Virus record (IMG/VR): IMGVR_UViG_2597490295_000013
Location: 1-21,284 of that record
DNA: 21,284 nucleotides
Source of the DNA: a virus
Strand: one strand, 5' to 3'
A model generated the notes under the pieces. That model searched no databases. It was not told the DNA's origin and saw nothing but the letters and a program-made list of their open reading frames with translations. A program made the translations under genes and the position numbers. Below, piece after piece: positions 15,738 to 21,284 of the stretch (its first letter is position 1; every line of letters starts with the position of its first letter).

Positions 15738-16466
15738 TTAATAAAGCCCTTTATGTTGATTTGCTACAATCCGCCAAGGATGGGAAATAATCCCTTTTGT
15801 AAATTTCTTGTTTTGTCTAAAACATTTCGCCATGATTGCAACTTCTATTTCAGTATCACTTAGTGCGGTATGATTCTCTGAAAATTCCATATCACCTGTA
15901 ATATACCTGTAACCTATTTCCGCACTAGTTTGGGGATTTCTTGCTGGGGTATAAAAACCCCATGTATTAATCATTAAATGAAATCCTTTTTGTTTATACA
16001 AGGTTTCGCAAGCCAAACCCCAAATATCTTGGATTTGTAAATTCATTCTTAAAAATTTTCTACTTTCGTCATACTGATATTGAGAATGTAAATATTTGGT
16101 AGTTGATGTCAATGCTCTCATATCAAACTTTAAATTATAAGCGAGTATTGCCTTTACATTCCATTTCTGTAATAAATTGTTAAATTCTGTTTTCATCACT
16201 TTAAATGGTACTTTCCTCATTTCTCGATTGGAAATTTTTTCCACATACATTGGTCTTTTACTTCCATAATATGCGTTATGCATCATTTTTTTATTGTCAA
16301 AAATTTCCTTTACAATCCATTCTTGTTGAGAATAAATTTTACCTCTTTTATCACAGATTGTAACCCCTATATCATATACAAGGGGGTTATCAAGTGAGCC
16401 GGCAGTTTCTGTGTCAAAAACTGCTAAATATTTAATTCTTTTGTCAATTTTTCCACTTTTTGTCAT
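15738..16466 (-). CDS. DEDDh-family 3'-5' exonuclease (start MTKSGK)
   Basis: ExoI FDTETAG, ExoII AYNLKFD, ExoIII HTALSD. Confidence 0.88.
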   Translation of the reverse strand: MTKSGKIDKRIKYLAVFDTETAGSLDNPLVYDIGVTICDKRGKIYSQQEWIVKEIFDNKKMMHNAYYGSKRPMYVEKISNREMRKVPFKVMKTEFNNLLQKWNVKAILAYNLKFDMRALTSTTKYLHSQYQYDESRKFLRMNLQIQDIWGLACETLYKQKGFHLMINTWGFYTPARNPQTSAEIGYRYITGDMEFSENHTALSDTEIEVAIMAKCFRQNKKFTKGIISHPWRIVANQHKGLY

Positions 16467-16517
16467 TCTACCACTTCCTTCCAATTCTTCATCTTGGCGG
16501 TCTTATATTTATAATTA

Positions 16518-16558
16518 AGTATAACAGATTTTATTAGGTTTTACTACTGTGCGGTGTA
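16518..16558 (-). promoter_or_regulatory. Box-type promoter
   Basis: TACACCGC-27bp-TATACT with extended TG. Confidence 0.8.
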
Positions 16559-16712
16559 TTCCTGATTATGTGCGGTGTAAGTGCGGTGTATTACAGAATT
16601 TCGGTGTATGACAAGGTAGATATATTACACCGGAAGTTGCGGTGTATAGTAGAGTTAGTGTTGCAGTGTATTTGTAGAGAAAAATTGGTATACACCGCAC
16701 TTTAAACTTTAA

Positions 16713-16753
16713 TACACCGGAGGATACTAATTACTCTTATATTATGGTATACT
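16713..16753 (+). promoter_or_regulatory. Box-type promoter (plus strand)
   Basis: TACACCGG-27bp-TATACT with extended TG. Confidence 0.8.
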
Positions 16754-16780
16754 GTAAGTAGATAGAAAGGAAGTGAGTAA

Positions 16781-16855
16781 ATGACTTTAGCATTATTACT
16801 TCTTTCTTTTACCGGGATACTACTATTTAGAAAGGACGTGAAAAAAAATGACTAA
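16781..16855 (+). CDS. Micropeptide (24 aa, hydrophobic)
   Basis: AGAAAGGAAGTG RBS immediately after the promoter. Confidence 0.5.
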   Translation: MTLALLLLSFTGILLFRKDVKKND

Positions 16856-17078
16856 CGAGAAATCTCAAAAAACATTAGATAATGAATTGAGAGAAAATGT
16901 CAAATTACGTTTGGCAGAAGGATTTGAAACAACTGTTGATGAAATGTTAATTGATGGCGGTTCATCATTGATTTTAAGAGTTGGCGGAGTTGGTGGCACT
17001 GACGTAGAAATTAAAATCATTGTAAAAAAAGAGCAACTTAAAATTGAGATTGTTGAGGAAGAAGAAAAAGAGGAGTAA
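16848..17078 (+). CDS. Hypothetical protein, paralog of 12457-12768
   Basis: Shared motifs; acidic C-terminus. Confidence 0.8.
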   Translation: MTNEKSQKTLDNELRENVKLRLAEGFETTVDEMLIDGGSSLILRVGGVGGTDVEIKIIVKKEQLKIEIVEEEEKEE

Positions 17079-17089
17079 TCCTCTTTTTT
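17065..17089 (+). terminator. Intrinsic terminator over the stop codon
   Basis: AAAAGAGGA-GTAA-TCCTCTTTTTT. Confidence 0.8.
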
Positions 17090-17166
17090 AATTATGTCTA
17101 CACCGGAAAGTGCGGTGTATAAGTATATAGTTGCGGTGTATAATAAAAGAGATGATAAATTCATCT

Positions 17167-17478
17167 CTAAATTAATTGTTTTTTTAATTCTTCAAAACTT
17201 TCTTTACTTAATTTGATAGTTTTACCATCAATAATGATTATATGTTTTCTATCATCTCGAATAACACCATCAGAATCTTCATAATAAATTTCTTTTCTGC
17301 ATTCGTCAAATTCAAATTTTGCCCAAACACCATTTGAATTTATTTTGAAAATTAAATTACTATTTTCATCATACTCAAATTTTACCCAATAACCATCAGA
17401 TTCTTCAAAATAAATTTTATTATCATTTTCATCAAATATTTCGAGATAATCAAAATCACCTTCAAAATTTATATTCAT
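17167..17478 (-). CDS. 21-aa repeat protein, paralog 3 (3 units)
   Basis: DENDNKIYFEESDGYWVKFEY repeats. Confidence 0.85.
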   Translation of the reverse strand: MNINFEGDFDYLEIFDENDNKIYFEESDGYWVKFEYDENSNLIFKINSNGVWAKFEFDECRKEIYYEDSDGVIRDDRKHIIIIDGKTIKLSKESFEELKKQLI

Positions 17479-17503
17479 AACTACACCACCTTTCTATACA
17501 TTA

Positions 17504-17544
17504 AGTATATCATAATTATTTTTATATTGCTATCATGCGGTGTA
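17504..17544 (-). promoter_or_regulatory. Box-type promoter
   Basis: TACACCGC-27bp-TATACT with extended TG. Confidence 0.8.
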
Positions 17545-17600
17545 TTTCTAGCTTGTGTCCGGCGTATGTGCGGTGTATTGTGTGGTTGCGGTGTATTGTA

Positions 17601-17629
17601 TAAAAAAAATAGGGAATAATTCCCTATTT
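17601..17629 (-). terminator. Intrinsic terminator over the stop codon
   Basis: AAATAGGGAA-TTA-TTCCCTATTT plus T-tract; near-identical copy at ~20017-20040. Confidence 0.8.
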
Positions 17630-17851
17630 ATACTTATTTTCCCAGTAATACAATCTTTTTAAATCTTTTACATCTTCAATTGCATCAAATATTCCTTCAC
17701 AAAATATATTGATAGGGAAAGTAATAATTATCAATAAAATAGTAAGTGGATGCCATAATCTGTAATTATACATTAAATGGTAATTATGTTTAGGACTTTC
17801 TTTAACTCTAAATACTCCTATCTTTTTTAAAAATTCCATTTTCTTATTCAC
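17624..17851 (-). CDS. Small protein with one TM segment
   Basis: GGAGGT RBS, GTG start. Confidence 0.7.
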   Translation of the reverse strand: MNKKMEFLKKIGVFRVKESPKHNYHLMYNYRLWHPLTILLIIITFPINIFCEGIFDAIEDVKDLKRLYYWENKYK

Positions 17852-17854
17852 TGT

Positions 17855-18310
17855 TTACACCTCCAATAATTTTTCTAATGTCCTAATTATTGATTTTTCA
17901 TCAATAGCAACACCACCATAATTTTCCCATTTATTTCTAATTCCTTCATTGTCATCAAACAACAAACAATCTTTTAAGCCTTTTGTTGCGTGATGCTTTG
18001 GTGACCCATATTGTATAGAATGTATTTCTTTTACCATTGGAAAGTATTTCGCTAACCATGCTTTTTTTTCGGCTCTACAAGCTGTTTTGTATTCCTCACT
18101 GGCAAACATCGGAAGCCATGTAATTACCATAATTTCATATCCTTTTTCTTCCAATTGTTTGCATAAACTGTTAACTTCTTCCATATCTATCATAGGTTCA
18201 ATTTCTGCGAATACTGGTTTAGAATTTTGTAAACGTTCTAACCAGCCTGAAAATCCATATAAATCCGCGATGTTTCCGTCCATGTCAAATGCTATTCTTT
18301 TAATTTTCAT
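17855..18310 (-). CDS. HAD-superfamily hydrolase, 5'(3')-nucleotidase-like (start MKIKRI)
   Basis: FDMDGNIADL, ITW, K..WL, LFDDN motifs. Confidence 0.82.
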   Translation of the reverse strand: MKIKRIAFDMDGNIADLYGFSGWLERLQNSKPVFAEIEPMIDMEEVNSLCKQLEEKGYEIMVITWLPMFASEEYKTACRAEKKAWLAKYFPMVKEIHSIQYGSPKHHATKGLKDCLLFDDNEGIRNKWENYGGVAIDEKSIIRTLEKLLEV

Positions 18311-18346
18311 ACAATACACTCCCTTTCTTATTTATTCTTATACCTT

Positions 18347-18387
18347 ATTATAACATAAATATAAGAGGATTAATACTGTGCGGTGTA
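18347..18387 (-). promoter_or_regulatory. Box-type promoter
   Basis: TACACCGC-27bp-TATAAT with extended TG. Confidence 0.8.
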
Positions 18388-18413
18388 TTCTTATTTTGAA
18401 AAAAAAAGAGGAA

Positions 18414-18731
18414 TTAATTTTCCTCTTTTAATATTATTTCACAAGTTTCTTTTAATTCTTCAACTCCATGTTCTTTTAAAAAAGCATATAATGAATCATT
18501 CGCTGCATCTGCATCTGTATTAGATTCATAGTACTCTAAAAATTCAGTAAAATTAGTTTCAAGATTCAATAATAAAACCATATATGCATCATAACTAGTT
18601 ACTTCTGTTATCAATAAACTAAGTTTATTATCAAGTAAAAGATAAATTTTATTATCATATCTATCTTCTAATGCATTTTCAATAAATTTAATATCATTTT
18701 TTATTATTTTTTCTTTTAATATCATTTTCAT
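18414..18731 (-). CDS. Acidic hypothetical protein
   Basis: AGAAAGGTGGTG RBS; terminator over the stop. Confidence 0.8.
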   Translation of the reverse strand: MKMILKEKIIKNDIKFIENALEDRYDNKIYLLLDNKLSLLITEVTSYDAYMVLLLNLETNFTEFLEYYESNTDADAANDSLYAFLKEHGVEELKETCEIILKEEN

Positions 18732-18755
18732 TTATAACACCACCTTTCTACTTAT

Positions 18756-18796
18756 AGTATAACATATCATAAGACATATTACTATTATGCGGTGTA
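18756..18796 (-). promoter_or_regulatory. Box-type promoter
   Basis: TACACCGC-27bp-TATACT with extended TG. Confidence 0.8.
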
Positions 18797-18874
18797 TTCT
18801 TTCTCTTGGTAGGCATAATACACCGGAAGATGCGGTGTATTGGTATTTAAAGAAAAAACTACCATAAATGGTAG

Positions 18875-19456
18875 TTATCTCCATAACTCATGTACTTTTT
18901 CTTCCATAGTTTTATTTCTATTTTTTCGGAGATGCTTTTCTAATTCCCATATACAAATTTTATGCATTTCCATTTCATTTGTCATTATTTCATATCGAGA
19001 TTCCCAATCAGAAGGAAAACTTTCAACATCATATAAATGTTGTATAAGAATTTTTTTATGAATATGACCGTCTTGAAATTCTATCCAAACAGTATCTTCT
19101 TCCAGTAATTCATAATTTAAATAAGTTATTTTATATACTTCCATTAAATGATGGTATCCCATTTGTACTACATCTAAAAATTTATAATTTCTTAATTTTT
19201 TAAAAAGATGTAAATGAGTTAACTCATAATATAAAAGAGTAAGAATAATTACATTAATTATAAAGTTAATAGCTGTTATTTTTTCAAAAATAGGATAATA
19301 TTCAGCAATATTTGCAAAAATCATCGTGCCTATAACTAGTAAAAACCCTGAAACTATTGCTATAAACGTTCCTATTTTGCCTATGATTTTAACTTGTTTT
19401 ATCGTTTTTAAATGTTTATTATATCTTTCTTTAGTTAAGTAATAACGTTTAATCAT
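18875..19456 (-). CDS. Two-TM membrane protein
   Basis: AGGAGGT RBS; two hydrophobic segments; AACTACC/GGTAGTT terminator at the stop. Confidence 0.8.
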   Translation of the reverse strand: MIKRYYLTKERYNKHLKTIKQVKIIGKIGTFIAIVSGFLLVIGTMIFANIAEYYPIFEKITAINFIINVIILTLLYYELTHLHLFKKLRNYKFLDVVQMGYHHLMEVYKITYLNYELLEEDTVWIEFQDGHIHKKILIQHLYDVESFPSDWESRYEIMTNEMEMHKICIWELEKHLRKNRNKTMEEKVHELWR

Positions 19457-19468
19457 TTTTTTTACCTC

Positions 19469-19684
19469 CTAATATATAATTTGAATTGCATATCTGTCAT
19501 CTCGTAAATACATAATACATTTAACCCATTCTAGTAATTGCATGTAAGTCAAGTTACTATAATGTAAATTTTTCTGCATTCTACCATTCCAAAAATAAAT
19601 AGCATGATTTTCCTTTTCTCTACTTGCTAAACTAAAACATTTTACTTCATCTAACCAGTCATTTTTTCTAGTATATTTAGCCAT
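19469..19684 (-). CDS. Hypothetical protein
   Basis: AAGGTG RBS. Confidence 0.75.
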   Translation of the reverse strand: MAKYTRKNDWLDEVKCFSLASREKENHAIYFWNGRMQKNLHYSNLTYMQLLEWVKCIMYLRDDRYAIQIIY

Positions 19685-19862
19685 TTTTTCTCACCTTCTT
19701 CATTTTATATATAGGACGTAAAATCAATACACTTATTATGCCGAGTAAGTCCCCTTTTACTCCTACTCTAATTATTATCCAATTTTGAGTAGCCCAAATA
19801 ATTAAAAGCATTATTGAAATTATTAAAAAAGTTGAAAATAATTTTATAAGGAATATTCTCAT
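19677..19862 (-). CDS. Small two-TM membrane protein
   Basis: AGAAAGGTGGTG RBS. Confidence 0.7.
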   Translation of the reverse strand: MRIFLIKLFSTFLIISIMLLIIWATQNWIIIRVGVKGDLLGIISVLILRPIYKMKKVRKNG

Positions 19863-19885
19863 ATTTTCACCACCTTTCTAACTAT

Positions 19886-19926
19886 ATTATATCATATATA
19901 AAAAGGTATTGGTAGTGTCCGGTGTA
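19886..19926 (-). promoter_or_regulatory. Box-type promoter
   Basis: TACACCGG-27bp-TATAAT with extended TG. Confidence 0.8.
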
Positions 19927-20027
19927 TTCCTGATTATGTGCGGTGTAAATGCGGTGTATCCCTGCTCATGATTTAGGCATGGAGAATACACCGGAAGATG
20001 CGGTGTATTTATAGAGAAAATAGGGAA

Positions 20028-20561
20028 TTATTCCCTATTTAATACTTCTGCCATTGCGTATGCATTTATATCCGCTCTTTTTTCTATATTAATTTGTTGA
20101 TATAAATAGTAAGTTGTTTCATTATCAAAATTATAATTTTCATATATATAATTCATAATTTCAACTGAAAGTTCTCCATCTTCTTCCATTTCTTCCGGAT
20201 TATCAATATAATCTAAGTAATGACCTAATTCATGTAATAATACAAAATCTAACATGGATAATTTTGGATTAATTCCTTTTAATTTGGTAATTTCTCTAAA
20301 ATATCCATTTGGTAGTAAAATAGGCATATCTTCAATTTCTTCTGATTCAATAAAAAGATAACTCAATCCATTTTCATCTGGCTCTACTCCTATACAAGTT
20401 CCTATAAACATATTAGGAATAATAAAAACTAATTCTACATCATTAAAAATACTATTATAAGTAAGTTGCATTTTTTCAAATAATTTTTTTGTTTGTAGTT
20501 CATTTTTTGTAAGACTGTTCTTTTTAAACATTATTGCAAGTTCTATAGCAGTAAACATCAT
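20028..20561 (-). CDS. HExxH zinc metallopeptidase-like protein, paralog 2 (start MMFTAIE)
   Basis: FVLLHELGHYLD...IEKRADINA. Confidence 0.72.
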   Translation of the reverse strand: MMFTAIELAIMFKKNSLTKNELQTKKLFEKMQLTYNSIFNDVELVFIIPNMFIGTCIGVEPDENGLSYLFIESEEIEDMPILLPNGYFREITKLKGINPKLSMLDFVLLHELGHYLDYIDNPEEMEEDGELSVEIMNYIYENYNFDNETTYYLYQQINIEKRADINAYAMAEVLNRE

Positions 20562-20582
20562 ATCACTTCCTTTCTTACTCAC

Positions 20583-20623
20583 AGTATATCATATACGCCA
20601 AGAGAAAACAATGAAGCGGTGTA
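20583..20623 (-). promoter_or_regulatory. Box-type promoter
   Basis: TACACCGC-27bp-TATACT with extended TG. Confidence 0.8.
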
Positions 20624-20736
20624 TTAAACAATGCGGTGTAAGTGCGGTGTATTCCTGATCACTTGCGGCGTATTGGGTTTACACCGGAAAATGCGGTGTA
20701 TTCTTATAATAAAAGAAAACTACCAATAAATGGTAG

Positions 20737-20949
20737 TTAACGTCTGTTATGGAAAATAATACCATATTTTTTTTCTGTCATAATTAAGATAAAATTGTTA
20801 AAATCTGCGGATATTCCCCATTTTATAAATTCTCTTACTTCTTCTACTTCTATATTTAAGGGATTAAAAACAGCTACCATTTTAATAACTTCTACCTTTA
20901 AAATATTTTCAATTACTCTATCAAACTTTATTAATCTCAAATTATCCAT
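20737..20949 (-). CDS. Hypothetical protein
   Basis: GGAGGT RBS; AACTACCA/TGGTAGTT terminator at the stop. Confidence 0.75.
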   Translation of the reverse strand: MDNLRLIKFDRVIENILKVEVIKMVAVFNPLNIEVEEVREFIKWGISADFNNFILIMTEKKYGIIFHNRR

Positions 20950-20952
20950 TTT

Positions 20953-21273
20953 TTACCTCCAAAAGTAGTTGGTATGTTTTACTAATACTATTGTATTGTA
21001 GTAAAGTTTTTGGTCACATGCTGAATACCTACGAATTAAAGATATTGGAGCATGTTCAAAATTGTGCGGTAATAAATAAAATTTGTTTGAATTTTGAGAA
21101 AAACAGACTAAAAATTCATGCCATGAATAAATATCATTACTTTCAAACTTCACAATATCTCCTACCATAATCATTTTACCGGTTTTATCACAATTTAAAC
21201 CAAAATAAATATTTAACATAACTTTACTATGTTCTATCACTTTCTTTGTTAATTCAAATTGAAATTTTTTCAT
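20953..21273 (-). CDS. YopX-like phage protein
   Basis: GLNCDKTGKMIMVGDIV resembles the YopX GLKDKNGKEIYEGDIV motif; start uncertain at the window edge. Confidence 0.5.
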   Translation of the reverse strand: MKKFQFELTKKVIEHSKVMLNIYFGLNCDKTGKMIMVGDIVKFESNDIYSWHEFLVCFSQNSNKFYLLPHNFEHAPISLIRRYSACDQKLYYNTIVLVKHTNYFWR

Positions 21274-21284
21274 TTGTAACACTT

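Larger units (their letters stand above)
13650..20700. repeat. Intergenic arrays of (G/C/T)CGGTGTA / TACACCG boxes (roughly 45 copies), including seven TACACCGG-N5-GCGGTGTA dyads
   Basis: Dyads at 14205, 15050 (inverted), 16626, 17099, 18819, 19987, 20680; many spacings of 11 or 21-22 bp. Confidence 0.95.

Noticed and set aside
170-19061. Shadow ORFs from the track (170-370, 204-398, 533-718, 2162-2548, 3613-3813, 5103-5309, 7370-7552, 7623-7808, 7936-8166, 8163-8357, 12320-12505, 12611-12826, 13418-13615, 13588-13785, 14443-14631, 15366-15644, 16865-17164, 18087-18353, 18840-19061)
   Set aside because: They overlap better genes, promoters or repeat arrays, lack an RBS, and mostly have antisense-type composition
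13650-20700. Box arrays as a CRISPR array
   Set aside because: Repeats are only 8 bp, spacing is irregular, genes intervene, and no cas genes are present

Overview
Very AT-rich, gene-dense DNA that looks like the early/accessory region of a large lytic phage of a low-GC (Firmicutes-like) host. It holds about 60 mostly small ORFs with strong Shine-Dalgarno sites and no structural, rRNA or tRNA genes that I could recognise. Recognisable products are a SAM methyltransferase, two HAD hydrolases, a DEDDh 3'-5' exonuclease, two HELGH zinc-peptidase-like paralogs, a double-NUMOD4 protein, three 21-aa-repeat paralogs, zinc ribbons and many tiny membrane peptides. Main observations: (1) TGA appears to be read as Trp: five in-frame TGAs interrupt otherwise intact genes, one at the conserved NUMOD4 Trp, and all other convincing genes but one ambiguous case end in TAA/TAG. 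(2) From about 13.6 to 20.7 kb the DNA is an array of self-contained cassettes. Eleven promoters have a TACACCG(C/G) box exactly 27 bp upstream of an extended -10 and lack a consensus -35. They sit in helically phased arrays of roughly 45 boxes that include seven 21-bp TACACCGG-N5-GCGGTGTA dyads, and most cassettes end in a terminator overlapping the stop codon. The 1-13.5 kb part instead uses eight canonical sigma-A promoters. (3) Candidate structured RNAs lie at 742-871 and 12970-13174 (perfect 25-bp terminal stem). (4) A ~1 kb ORF-free region (10077-11140) carries repeats and GA-mismatch hairpins and may be an origin or genome terminus. Functions are inferred by eye; no searches were run.
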